64,000 nt of DNA. Source: Alphaproteobacteria bacterium. Its GTDB lineage: Bacteria > Pseudomonadota > Alphaproteobacteria > SP197. The notes beneath the pieces are model-generated. The model worked only from the letters and a program-made list of their open reading frames with translations. It had not been told where the DNA came from and did not search any database. Positions 29,791-39,486 of the stretch are shown here, piece by piece. The DNA lies in contig OZ245842.1 in assembly GCA_965228895.1 (NCBI GenBank), forward strand, positions 2,304,001-2,368,000, read 5' to 3'. A program made the translations under genes and the position numbers. The number at the start of each line of letters is the position of its first letter. Positions within the stretch are counted from its first letter, which is position 1.

Positions 29791-31065
29791 CTAGGCTTTC
29801 TCCAGCCCGCACCAGTCGGCAATGAAGAGCGCGATTGACTTGGTGACCTGCATGCAGGACTCGAGATTCACGCGCTCGTCGAAGCCGTGGATGTTCTCGG
29901 CCACGGGTCCATAAACAAGCGCCGGCATGTCGGCATAAAGGCCGAAAAAGCGAGCGTCGGTGGTGCCGGTCAGCATGCGATCGGGCAAGTCGTCGCCGTA
30001 AATCGCCTGATGGCTGGACCGAAGGATCGTTTCGGCCTCTGTGCCCTCTTCCTGCACATACCCTTCGGCCTGAAAACCGTCCCAGGTGATCTCTGGCGGA
30101 CTGTTGGCGAGGAAAGGGTCCTCGCGCGCGGCGTCTTGCAGGCAGGTCTCAATCTCGCGGCGCGCCTCGCCCAGATCCTGACCGGGAAACAGCCCGGCAC
30201 GCATGTGGAAGGTGCACCAGGCGGGAACGCTGGACGCCCAGTCGCCGCCCTCGATCTTGCCGACGTTAAAGTTGAGCGGGTGGTCCATGTGGCCATAGCG
30301 GTCGTGGCCTCTGGCGTTCCAGGCGTCCTCCAGCGTGTGCAGTTCGCCGATCAGCCGGTACGCCGCCTCAATCGCGTTGGCGCCGCTGCCGGCATAGGCG
30401 ACATGAACGGGATGGCCGCGCACGGTGACCTGGAACCACATCACGCCGACCTGGGCGCGCATCATGGCGTCACCCATGGGTTCGGGGATCAGGGCGGCGT
30501 CGCCGCGATAGCCGCGCTGCAGGCAGGCAAGCGCGCCGTTACCGGTGGCCTCCTCTTCGATCACGGCCTCGATGAAGACATCCGCGGCCGGTTTGAAACC
30601 GGCGCGTTTCAGCGCCTCCAGAGCGAACAGGCCGCACACCCAGCCTGACTTCATATCGCCGGCGCCGCGCCCGTACATCCAGCCATCCTTGATGACGGGA
30701 TCGAAGGGCGGTGTCTGCCACATCTCATGAGGCCCTTCCGGTACCACGTCGATATGACCGTTGATGACAAGCGAGCGGCCCTGGGGGCTCGATGACCGAA
30801 GGGCGCCGACTGTCACATAAGCGTCCTGGTAGCCGTCCAACTTCGGGGAATAGCCCGGCATGTCCTGGATGTCGGCGACATCGATCGTCCAGCGATCAAC
30901 GGCGAAGCCCCGCGCGCCCAATTCGCGAGCCAGGAAATCCTGGGCTGTCGCCTCCTGACCGCGCAGGGACGGAAAGCGCACGAGGTCCTGGGTAAACCGA
31001 ATCTGTTCGTCGAAACTGGCCTCGACCGCTGTGACGATCGTTTCGGCTGTATTCTGCTCAACCAT
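29791..31065 (-). CDS. ArgE/DapE-family M20 deacylase
   Basis: NGHIDVVP, GRGAGDMKSG, EEE, PEP, HGFDE. Confidence 0.92.
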   Translation of the reverse strand: MVEQNTAETIVTAVEASFDEQIRFTQDLVRFPSLRGQEATAQDFLARELGARGFAVDRWTIDVADIQDMPGYSPKLDGYQDAYVTVGALRSSSPQGRSLVINGHIDVVPEGPHEMWQTPPFDPVIKDGWMYGRGAGDMKSGWVCGLFALEALKRAGFKPAADVFIEAVIEEEATGNGALACLQRGYRGDAALIPEPMGDAMMRAQVGVMWFQVTVRGHPVHVAYAGSGANAIEAAYRLIGELHTLEDAWNARGHDRYGHMDHPLNFNVGKIEGGDWASSVPAWCTFHMRAGLFPGQDLGEARREIETCLQDAAREDPFLANSPPEITWDGFQAEGYVQEEGTEAETILRSSHQAIYGDDLPDRMLTGTTDARFFGLYADMPALVYGPVAENIHGFDERVNLESCMQVTKSIALFIADWCGLEKA

Positions 31066-31206
31066 GTCTTCCCCGTGTGTCGTTTTGCTGGAGGTTAGCG
31101 GCCGCCCTCACCCGCGCCAAGAACGCTTCCACAGCCGTCCTAAATTCCGTCTACACTGGTATCGTGCGCCGCTCTGGCGCTTCGGTCTGAGAACCTGGGC
31201 TTGACG

Positions 31207-32196
31207 ATGGATCCCCACAAACGAATTCGTTCCGTGATTGCCGGTGAGCGCCCCGACCGGCCGGCGTTTGCTCTGTGGCAGCACTTCCCGGACGCCGACG
31301 CGTCGCCGCGTGACTTGGCCGACGCAACCATCGATTTCGCCCGCACCTGGCGGCCCGACCTGATCAAACATACGCCCAATGGCATGTTCGCGGTCGAGGA
31401 TTGGGTTATCGCCCTGACGGGAAGCCGGAACCTGGAGGTCGACGCCGAGATCGTTCCCTATGCCCTCAATCTCACGTTCGATTGGCGGGAGCTGCCAAGG
31501 CTTAACGTCCGCGAAGGTGCGCTAGGCCGAGAGCTGGAGGCTCTACGTCTTGTGTGTGACGCCATTGGCCCGGAGATGCCGGTCTACATGACGCTGTTTG
31601 GCCCCTTGACCCTGGCGGGCAAACTTGGCGGCCCGCGTGTCGTCGCCGACATGAGACAGGACCCCGCCGCGCTTCACGACGGCCTGGCAATCATTACCGA
31701 TACCATGATCGCCTTCACGAAGGCGGTGCGCGAGGCTGGTGCCCACGGCCTTTACTTCGCGACTCAGTATGCCAGCGAAACGTTGTTAAGTGAGGAAGAG
31801 CACGCGACCTTTGGTGAGCCCTATGACACCGCCCTTTTGGATGCCTGGGACAATGCCGGGCCGGTTATTTTGCACCTGTGCGGTGAGGATGTGTTCTTTG
31901 ATCTCTGCAACACCTATCCCGTCCAAGCGGTCTGCTGGGATCACGGGCTTTCGCAGCCGACGTTCCGCGACGCCTTTGAACGGACAGACCGGGTGTTGGT
32001 TGCCGGCATGGAGGAGCGGGAGTTTCCGTTGAGCGCACAAACGGTCCGCGCACAAGCCGGCGACGCCTTGTTGGTCAGCGAAGGCGTCCGTCACATCCTG
32101 GCGCCGACCTGCGTGATACCCGACGGTTCGAGCGATCAGTCGCTCGCCGCCGTCGCACTTGCCGTCGACCAGTTCGTGCATGCACGCACAACGTAA
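31207..32196 (+). CDS. Uroporphyrinogen decarboxylase-like family protein (not canonical HemE)
   Basis: DRPAFALWQHF, PDLIK, ILHLCG, ILAPTC; lacks the HemE WxMRQAGR motif. Confidence 0.78.
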   Translation: MDPHKRIRSVIAGERPDRPAFALWQHFPDADASPRDLADATIDFARTWRPDLIKHTPNGMFAVEDWVIALTGSRNLEVDAEIVPYALNLTFDWRELPRLNVREGALGRELEALRLVCDAIGPEMPVYMTLFGPLTLAGKLGGPRVVADMRQDPAALHDGLAIITDTMIAFTKAVREAGAHGLYFATQYASETLLSEEEHATFGEPYDTALLDAWDNAGPVILHLCGEDVFFDLCNTYPVQAVCWDHGLSQPTFRDAFERTDRVLVAGMEEREFPLSAQTVRAQAGDALLVSEGVRHILAPTCVIPDGSSDQSLAAVALAVDQFVHARTT

Positions 32197-32307
32197 CCCA
32201 GGAACCCGAGCTCTTCGCGCGTCACGGGCAGATTGATCCACAAGACCGCCATGCGTTCACCCAGCAGTGATTTGTGCGTTAGCGGTTGATTGCCGACCGT
32301 GACATCG

Positions 32308-33060
32308 ATGGCTGAATACGACGACGGCTCGTCCGCCGCCCCCAGCCGGCGACGATTTCTCAAGGGCGGCGCCCTGTTCTCTGCCGCAGCCCTGGTGCTT
32401 CCCGAAGTGCCGGCCGCTCTGCTGACGGAGCAACCCGAAGTCAGCGCCGCGAGCGCCGTCGCCTTCTTTGATACGCTGGCCCTGACCCAGGAGCGGCGTG
32501 GCAACATGCGCCATACATGGGTCAGAAAGTGGGGTTGGCCGGTGACCGTTCGCTTGCACGGCTCGGTCGCCGACTCATTCCGCGACGATGTCGCGGCTGC
32601 CATCGATGTTCTGACACGGCTGACAGGCCACGAAATCGTCCTTGACGGCGACGGTGTCACGCGAGTCGGCACGATCGATATCGTGGTCAGCCCGCACGAT
32701 GAGATCCATGGACAATTCCCCGCACCGGGTGCTGTCTGCAATACCCACACACGCGGTGCGCGCGGCGCGCTTTATTTCGCACGGGTCGATATCAGCGAAG
32801 ACTTCACGGATTGTCTGCGTCACGAATTGATGCATGCGATGGGTTTTGCCAATCATTGGAAAAGTCCTGCCGCCGATGCCTCGATGCCGTCGATCCTGGC
32901 CATGCGCAATGCGCCGTTTCGGTCCGTAGACTATTCTGACTGGGACCGCCTGGCACTACGCCTGCTCTATCACCCGGACATGCAGCCCGGCCTGCCGCGT
33001 GGCATTGCCTTGGAGAAAGCCGAAACCATGCTGATCGAGGCGCTGCAGGACGCCACCTAA
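32308..33060 (+). CDS. Tat-exported zincin-like protein (DUF2927-like)
   Basis: SRRRFLK signal; CLRHELMHAMGFANH; PSI; LRLLYHPDMQPG. Confidence 0.72.
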   Translation: MAEYDDGSSAAPSRRRFLKGGALFSAAALVLPEVPAALLTEQPEVSAASAVAFFDTLALTQERRGNMRHTWVRKWGWPVTVRLHGSVADSFRDDVAAAIDVLTRLTGHEIVLDGDGVTRVGTIDIVVSPHDEIHGQFPAPGAVCNTHTRGARGALYFARVDISEDFTDCLRHELMHAMGFANHWKSPAADASMPSILAMRNAPFRSVDYSDWDRLALRLLYHPDMQPGLPRGIALEKAETMLIEALQDAT

Positions 33061-33067
33061 GGACACC

Positions 33068-33207
33068 CTAGAGCGGATCATGGTTAGATGGGACCGCTTG
33101 ACGGTCCCATCTAACCATGTGAATCCGCTCTTTATCGATGAGTAGAGCGGATTCACCTGTCTTGATGTCATCGCGAAGCGAATCCATCAAAACAGGATCT
33201 GCTCTAG
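33068..33207 (+). mobile_element. 140-bp CTAG-ended palindromic MITE-like repeat, copy 1
   Basis: Termini CTAGAGCGGATC / GATCTGCTCTAG; perfect 17-bp (33080-33118) and 13-bp (33119-33156) inverted repeats; inverted second copy at 34694-34833. Confidence 0.85.
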
Positions 33208-33887
33208 GCGACCCTTTCGCACAGGTGAAAGACAGAGCGGCAGGGGTGAGAGAACTCACGTTGGACGATGCGCCAGCCCGCGGCCGTTATCACGGCTTCC
33301 CAGTCTTTCACCGCGAATCCCTTGTAGCCGAGCTCCCACTTGTGGCCCCAGGGGTCGGGGTCCGGCGCGAACGATTTGAACCGGCGGAACTTCTTCAGTG
33401 ACAGATACTGACGCCATGTGAAGGGATTGAGATAGACCGACCAGGCGAACTGGAACCCTTCATAGGGGACCGACAGCACGAGGTACGGAGCACCGCTGGC
33501 ATGAAACGCAGCCAGAATTGACGGAGCCGTATTCCACGACAGGTGTTCCAAGGTCTCGCAACACATGATGGCGTCGAAACCTTCGATGCCCGATGGGTCG
33601 AGCGTGGTGAGGTCCGCCTCGATGTTCGGCCGCTCGGGTCTGTGGAAAGGCGGTGGGAAGAGGTCGAGTGTCGTGACGTCGTATCCGCCGTTGTCCAGCA
33701 TCGCTGTCACCAGGCCCAGATAGGGCCCGACTTCCAGGATTCTGTTCACGTCGAGGCCGGCCAGCATATGAACCTGCAGCCACTGATGGCCGATGCGCTT
33801 CTCGGAGTAATACTGGTGCCACTCCGCCCGCCGCTTGGCGTCGTCGAGATGCGGGACGTTCTCCGGTGTCAGGGTTTCGCGGCTCAT
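33204..33887 (-). CDS. Class I SAM-dependent methyltransferase
   Basis: ILEVGPYLG, TLD, FDAIMCCETLEHL, LVLSVP; start taken at MSRET. Confidence 0.82.
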   Translation of the reverse strand: MSRETLTPENVPHLDDAKRRAEWHQYYSEKRIGHQWLQVHMLAGLDVNRILEVGPYLGLVTAMLDNGGYDVTTLDLFPPPFHRPERPNIEADLTTLDPSGIEGFDAIMCCETLEHLSWNTAPSILAAFHASGAPYLVLSVPYEGFQFAWSVYLNPFTWRQYLSLKKFRRFKSFAPDPDPWGHKWELGYKGFAVKDWEAVITAAGWRIVQREFSHPCRSVFHLCERVA

Positions 33888-34036
33888 GGGCGGCGACCCT
33901 ATCGGAGGCCCCCGTGGGGCACAACGCGCGAAATGAGGCAAGCCAATGCCGTCGTGACAGGCCTTATCGGCAGGCGGTCTCGGCGCTCGTCGTCCCGACG
34001 CCCGTGGCGCCAATCGGCGCGTTTGGAATCCGGCAC

Positions 34037-34681
34037 CTAGTCACCCCAAGTCCCGATGTCCTGGCGCGCCAGAACGCTCGCAACGGAGGGCCGCTTCTTC
34101 AGCTCTTGGGTCAGCCGGGCAACCGACGGATGGCGGTTCATGAAGCCCGTGACATCGTCATCGGCCCACAAGGCGAACATGACGAGGTAGACGTCAGCAG
34201 CGCTGAGCCGGCCACCAGCAAGATAACCATCGTCTTGCAGCGCAGTCTCGATCATTGTCCATTGCGTAGCCAAGACGACTGATGCCCGCTTCTTGACGGC
34301 GCCGAACTGGGCGGGGTCGTCGATACAGTTCTCCGGATGAATGAGCTGCATGAACGCCGGGTAGAGCGACGCCGACAGAAACGATATCCAGCGCAGGTAA
34401 GAAACCCGCGCGGGATCATCCAGTTTCGGCGCCAGATCACCCGAAGAATGGCGGTCGGCCAGGTAGAGCATGATGGCGCCTGACTCCGTCAACAGCCGGC
34501 CATCATCCAGCTCGAGCGCCGGCACCTGGCAAAGTGGATTGAGTTTGGCGTACCAGGCGGGGTCGATCTGGTCGCGGTAGCCGGTAACGAGCACCCGCGA
34601 GCACGGCGCGCCCAGTTCCTCCAGCAGCCACTCGACCGCGAGGGAACCGGCGAACGGGCGGCCGAACAGGCGATAACTCAT
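34037..34681 (-). CDS. Glutathione S-transferase family protein
   Basis: NPLCQVPAL, LTESGAIMLYL, SAAD; RBS AAAGGAGG. Confidence 0.9.
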   Translation of the reverse strand: MSYRLFGRPFAGSLAVEWLLEELGAPCSRVLVTGYRDQIDPAWYAKLNPLCQVPALELDDGRLLTESGAIMLYLADRHSSGDLAPKLDDPARVSYLRWISFLSASLYPAFMQLIHPENCIDDPAQFGAVKKRASVVLATQWTMIETALQDDGYLAGGRLSAADVYLVMFALWADDDVTGFMNRHPSVARLTQELKKRPSVASVLARQDIGTWGD

Positions 34682-34693
34682 GACGCGGCCTCC

Positions 34694-34833
34694 TTTGAGC
34701 AGATCCTGTTTTGATGACATCGCTTCGCGATGGCATCAAGGCAGGTGAATCTGTTCTACAAATCGATAGAGAGCGGATTCACATGGTTCGGTGGAACCGT
34801 CAAGCGGCTCCTCCTAACCATGATCCGCTCTAG
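34694..34833 (-). mobile_element. 140-bp CTAG-ended palindromic MITE-like repeat, copy 2 (inverted, one end decayed)
   Basis: Reverse complement aligns ungapped to 33068-33207; hand count 121/140 identical. Confidence 0.85.
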
Positions 34834-35977
34834 CGCGGCGGATCATATCCTTGGCGATCACGAGTTGCTGGATCTGCGACGTGCCTTCGTAGAGCCGGTA
34901 GATCCTGACATCGCGATAAAGCCTGGAGACCGCGTAGTCGTTGATGTAGCCGGCGCCGCCGTGGATCTGGACGGCGCGGTCGGCGACCCGCCCGAGCATT
35001 TCGCTGCAGTAGTACTTGGCTTCCGCTGCAATGCGCGGCAGCTTCTCGCCGGCTTCGTAACGCTGGGCGGCGTCACGCACCAGTGCCCAGCCGACATCGT
35101 GTTCGGTTTGGCTATCGGCCAGCATGGCCTGGATGAGCTGGAAATCCGCGATGGCCTGACCGAACTGCTGGCGTTCGATGGCATAAGCCACGGATTCCTG
35201 GATCAACCGGTCGGCGAGGCCGCAGCAGCATGCCGCAATATGCAACCTGCCCTTGTCCAGCACCTTCATGGCCGTCTTGAACCCGGTTCCCTCGACACCG
35301 CCGATCAAAGCCGATCCCGGGATCCGGCAGTCCTCGAAGATGACATCGCAGATCTGACCACCTTTCTGGCCCATCTTGTTTTCAGGTTTGCCCAGCCTGA
35401 TGCCCGGCGTATCGGCTTCGACCAAAAAGGCGGATACGCCGCGTGCGCCCTTTTGGTCAGGATCGGTGCGCGCCATGACCGTGAACAGATCCGCCGTCGG
35501 CGCGTTCGTGATGTAGCGCTTGGTGCCGTTGAGCACGTAACCGTTGCCGTCGCCAGTGGCCCGGGTCTTCACCGAGGCGGCGTCGGAGCCAATATCCGGC
35601 TCGGTCAGTGCGAACGAGGAAATCATGTCGCCGGAAGCAAGCTTCGGCAGATAAGCCTGTTTCTGTTCCTCCGTACCGTCGATCAGAATGCCTTGGGAGC
35701 CGATGGCAACATTGGTGCCGAAGGCCGAGCGAAAGGCCGGTGCCGCATGGGTGATCTCATAGGCCACCCTCACCTCCTCGGTGATCGAGAGACCCAGACC
35801 GCCATACTCTTCGGGGATCGTCAGGCCGAACAGACCCATCGCCTTCATCTCGTCGATAATGGCCGGCGGTATCGTGTCGGTGGCGTCGACCTCGGCCTCG
35901 GCCGGGATCAGGCGTTCCCCGACGAACCGCTGGATCGTTTTGACAAACTGCTCAAGTGTTTCCTGATCGAGCGCCAT
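34814..35977 (-). CDS. Acyl-CoA dehydrogenase
   Basis: FALTEPDIGSD, NGTKRYIT, RQQFG, AVQIHGGAG, YEGTSQIQ. Confidence 0.95.
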   Translation of the reverse strand: MALDQETLEQFVKTIQRFVGERLIPAEAEVDATDTIPPAIIDEMKAMGLFGLTIPEEYGGLGLSITEEVRVAYEITHAAPAFRSAFGTNVAIGSQGILIDGTEEQKQAYLPKLASGDMISSFALTEPDIGSDAASVKTRATGDGNGYVLNGTKRYITNAPTADLFTVMARTDPDQKGARGVSAFLVEADTPGIRLGKPENKMGQKGGQICDVIFEDCRIPGSALIGGVEGTGFKTAMKVLDKGRLHIAACCCGLADRLIQESVAYAIERQQFGQAIADFQLIQAMLADSQTEHDVGWALVRDAAQRYEAGEKLPRIAAEAKYYCSEMLGRVADRAVQIHGGAGYINDYAVSRLYRDVRIYRLYEGTSQIQQLVIAKDMIRRARADHG

Positions 35978-36106
35978 GGGTTCCCTTTCCGAGATCGTTC
36001 GGCGCACGATAGCGACAAATTTTCTGAGAACCCAGGCATCATGCCGCCAAAGTGGTGTTTGCCTGTGCTATGACACCTGCGCCAGCGCCAGGGAGGGCGA
36101 GGATTC

Positions 36107-36853
36107 ATGAGCGGCGTCATGCTTGTAACGGGCGGCAGTCGAGGCATCGGCGCGGCGATCGCGCGCCGGGCAGCCCAGGCCGGTTACGATGTCGCCGTGA
36201 ACTTTGCCGGTCGTGCCGATAAGGCAGCGGAGGTCGCCGCGGACGTCCAGAAGCTGGGACGCAAGGCCATGACGATCCAGGCCGACACGGCCGATCCGCA
36301 AGCCGTCGAGGCCATGTTCGCCGAGACCGACCGCGTTCTGGGTCCCGTGACGGCGCTCGTCAACAACGCCGGCATTGTTGAGAAGATGACCACGGCGGAG
36401 CTGGATCCGACGCGCCTGAGCCGCATGATCGACGTCAACATCACCGGGTGTTTCCTGTGTTCCCATCAGGCGGTCCGGCGCATGGGCCGCTCGTTCGGCG
36501 GTGACGGCGGCACCATCGTCAACATCTCGTCGCGCGCCGCGGCGTCCGGCGGTCTTCCCGGCTCGATCGGCTATGCCGCGACCAAGGGTGCGGTGGACAG
36601 CATGACCCTGGGTCAGGCCAAAGAACTGGGACCGGAAGGAATCAGGGTTGTCGCCATCCGCCCTGGCTTGATCCACTCTGACATCCACGAGCCGAACGGT
36701 GGCCGTGACGCCGTCCACAAGATGGCGGCGGCGTCGGTCCCCTTGGGTCGCGGCGGCGAGCCCGATGAGGTCGCCGGTCTTGCGGTGTGGCTGTGTGGTG
36801 ATGAGGCAAGCTATGTAAGCGGCGCGCTGTTCGATGTCGGCGGCGGCCGCTAG
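36107..36853 (+). CDS. SDR family oxidoreductase
   Basis: TGGSRGIG, NNAG, YAATK, RPG. Confidence 0.93.
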   Translation: MSGVMLVTGGSRGIGAAIARRAAQAGYDVAVNFAGRADKAAEVAADVQKLGRKAMTIQADTADPQAVEAMFAETDRVLGPVTALVNNAGIVEKMTTAELDPTRLSRMIDVNITGCFLCSHQAVRRMGRSFGGDGGTIVNISSRAAASGGLPGSIGYAATKGAVDSMTLGQAKELGPEGIRVVAIRPGLIHSDIHEPNGGRDAVHKMAAASVPLGRGGEPDEVAGLAVWLCGDEASYVSGALFDVGGGR

Positions 36854-36889
36854 GTACAGTTAGAGAGCACGAGACGGTGAACCGATAAC

Positions 36890-38593
36890 ATGAACAAGAT
36901 CTCCTCCAACCTTTCCGGCGCTCAGGTTTTTGTCGCGGCCCTAAAACGCCATGGCGTCGATATCATGTTCGGCCAGAGCATCCCGACGCTGTTCTATCTG
37001 GCGACCCCCGACTACGGCATCGAGCAGATCACCTACCGGACCGAGAACGCCGGCGCGGTCATGGCCGATGCCTACGCCCGGATCTCCGGCCGTATCCCGG
37101 TCGTCACCGCCCAGAACGGTCCCGCGGCAACGCTTCTGGTTGCCGGGCTTGCCGAAGCATTGACCGCGTCCATTCCCATCGTCGCGTTGGTTCAGGAAGT
37201 GCCCGCCGAAAACCGCGACCGCAACGCGTTCCAGGAACTCGATCAGCTCGAGCTGTTCAAGGGCGCGGCCAAGTGGATCAGACGGGTCAGCGAGCCCGGG
37301 CGGATTGATGACTATGTGGACATGGCGTTCAAGGCCGCCGGCAGCGGCCGGCCAGGTCCGGCCGTGTTGTTGTGCCCAGCCGATCTGATCGAGCGCGCGG
37401 GTGCTGCCTCGTCGTCGCGTCACGAGAACCTGGGGCGCTATCCGATCGACCGCCCGGTCGCCGACCCCGTCGCGGTCAGCAAGGCTGCAGACCTGTTGGC
37501 TGCCGCCGACAACCCGTTCGTCTGGGCCGGTGGCGGCGTTCACAGCTCGCGTGCCTGGAACGATGTCGCGACACTGCAAGAGACCTGTCACCTGCCCGTC
37601 GCGACGACGACCATGGGCAAGGGTGTGATTGACGAAAGCCACCCGCTGTCGATGGGTGTAATCGGCTATTACATGGGTACCGGCGGCGCGACACGTCACC
37701 TGCGCCCCATGGTCGAGCGGGCCGACGTGATCTTGGCGGTCGGCAACCGCACCAACCAGAACGGCACGGACTCGTGGTCGCTGCTGCCGGAAGGCGCTCG
37801 GATCATCCATATCGATATCGACCCGATGGAGATTGGCCGAAACTACGAAGCGCTCCGGCTGGTCGGTGACGCCAGCCTGACCTTGCGTGCGCTGACAGCG
37901 CAGTTAGAACAGCGTGACCTGACCAAACGTCAGACCGCCCGCAGCCGCGTCGAAACGGAGATATCGTCGGCCCGTCTTCAGCACCTCGAGGAACGCTCCG
38001 CGCGGGCGAGCACCGATGCTCATCCGATCCGGCCCGAAAAGCTTATGGCCGACCTCGACGCCATGCTGACGCCCGAACACATCGTTGTCGCCGACGCGAG
38101 CTATGCTTCAATCTGGATCTGCAACAACCTGATGAGCCGGCGTCCGGGCATGCGGTTTTTAACACCACGCGGCATGGCAGGGCTTGGCTGGGGTCTGCCC
38201 TATGCGCTGGGCGCCAAACTCGCAGAGCCCAAGGCGCCGGTCTTCGCGCTGGTGGGCGATGGCGGTTTCGCCCACGTCTGGTCGGAGCTCGAAACCGCCT
38301 ACCGTCATGGTTTGCATGTTGTGTTGGTCGTGCTGAACAATCAGATCCTGGGTTATCAGAAACACGCGGAGAATGCCCGTTATGGCGACCACACAGGCGC
38401 CGTCTATTTCCAGCCGGTCGATCATGCGGCCATTGCACGCGCCTGTGGTTGCCGCGGCGTTACCGTCACCGAGGCCGCCGCATTCCACGCGGCACTCGCC
38501 GACGCGTTTGCCGCAACGAAGGAAGCGACCACTGTGATCGATGTCATGGTCGACCCGGATGCCCACCCCCCGATTACCGCCTTCGAGAGTTGA
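36890..38593 (+). CDS. Acetolactate synthase-like ThDP-dependent enzyme
   Basis: RTENAG, QNGPAAT, GDGG...NN ThDP motif; no ilvH/ilvC nearby. Confidence 0.88.
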   Translation: MNKISSNLSGAQVFVAALKRHGVDIMFGQSIPTLFYLATPDYGIEQITYRTENAGAVMADAYARISGRIPVVTAQNGPAATLLVAGLAEALTASIPIVALVQEVPAENRDRNAFQELDQLELFKGAAKWIRRVSEPGRIDDYVDMAFKAAGSGRPGPAVLLCPADLIERAGAASSSRHENLGRYPIDRPVADPVAVSKAADLLAAADNPFVWAGGGVHSSRAWNDVATLQETCHLPVATTTMGKGVIDESHPLSMGVIGYYMGTGGATRHLRPMVERADVILAVGNRTNQNGTDSWSLLPEGARIIHIDIDPMEIGRNYEALRLVGDASLTLRALTAQLEQRDLTKRQTARSRVETEISSARLQHLEERSARASTDAHPIRPEKLMADLDAMLTPEHIVVADASYASIWICNNLMSRRPGMRFLTPRGMAGLGWGLPYALGAKLAEPKAPVFALVGDGGFAHVWSELETAYRHGLHVVLVVLNNQILGYQKHAENARYGDHTGAVYFQPVDHAAIARACGCRGVTVTEAAAFHAALADAFAATKEATTVIDVMVDPDAHPPITAFES

Positions 38594-39030
38594 TGATGAA
38601 CAAAGCCGCGAACCCTTTGATCCCCGATGGTTTCGTCAAGCATGAGTCGGACGACCCTTACGAAGAGTTGAACGGCCTGGTCTACATCAACGACATGGGT
38701 GACGGCCGCGTCGAGGTCGGCTTGCTGGCCGACGAACGCCACGCCAATGAGTACGGCGCGGTGCATGGCGGTGTCATGATGATGATGGCCGATGCGGCGC
38801 TCTGCATGAACTCGCGATGGCACGACCCTAAGGAAGGCGCCATCACCGTGTCGGCGCACAATGACTTTGTCGCCGGCGCCCAGATCGGCGAGTTTCTGGA
38901 AACCCGATCCAGTGTCGTTCGGCGCACAGGTTCGTTTTCGTTCATGCGCTGCGACGTAATGGTCGGCGATCGTGTCGTGATGGCATCGTCCGGTATCATC
39001 AAGCGCCTGCTGCCGAAATCTGACGGTTAG
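38593..39030 (+). CDS. PaaI-family hotdog thioesterase
   Basis: HANEYGAVHGG...AD; TGATG coupling. Confidence 0.88.
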   Translation: MMNKAANPLIPDGFVKHESDDPYEELNGLVYINDMGDGRVEVGLLADERHANEYGAVHGGVMMMMADAALCMNSRWHDPKEGAITVSAHNDFVAGAQIGEFLETRSSVVRRTGSFSFMRCDVMVGDRVVMASSGIIKRLLPKSDG

Positions 39031-39032
39031 CT

Positions 39033-39440
39033 ATGATCACCTGCCGAACGATCATCCTGTTGATTGCGTCGGCATTTGTTGTTGCGACGGCGCAGGCTGA
39101 AGATGGTCGCGCCGATCCAGCAAGGATCGTCGGTACCTACCAGGGTCAAGCTGTCAGCGGCGGCGTGGTGGTCGACGTCATTACGACCTTCAGCCTCGAC
39201 AAGTCGGACATGCTGGTGGGCACCTACCGGTTTAATCAGGGTGATGAGTGGTTTGACGGCACGCTGACCAAGACGCGGTTCTCCGAACAGGGCGATGTGA
39301 CCTTTATCTGGCAAGACGCATTCGGCGCCGGCACGCTGACGGTCACCTTCGCTGACGACTATCAATCATTCACGGGCGCCTGGTCAGGTTTGGAAGATAC
39401 ATCCGACGCCTTCCCCTGGACGGGCAAGAGGACAAAATAG
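39033..39440 (+). CDS. Hypothetical secreted beta-rich protein
   Basis: Signal peptide ending AQA; in tandem within the operon. Confidence 0.7.
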   Translation: MITCRTIILLIASAFVVATAQAEDGRADPARIVGTYQGQAVSGGVVVDVITTFSLDKSDMLVGTYRFNQGDEWFDGTLTKTRFSEQGDVTFIWQDAFGAGTLTVTFADDYQSFTGAWSGLEDTSDAFPWTGKRTK

Positions 39441-39486
39441 ACACGCCGCTACAGTCGGCGCACGAAAACCAAGGGAACGAAACATC

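Noticed and set aside
33068-33207. Internal repeats as a CRISPR array
   Set aside because: Units are inverted, there are no unique spacers, and no cas genes are present.
32956-33259. Short ORFs whose peptides resemble the starts of ORFs near 34720-34830
   Set aside because: Translations of the 140-bp repeat, not a protein family.
34730-36073. 447-aa plus-strand ORF and similar long antisense ORFs (e.g. 3321-4601, 23225-24361, 59412-60449)
   Set aside because: Shadow frames of well-supported genes in high-GC DNA, with no recognisable motifs.
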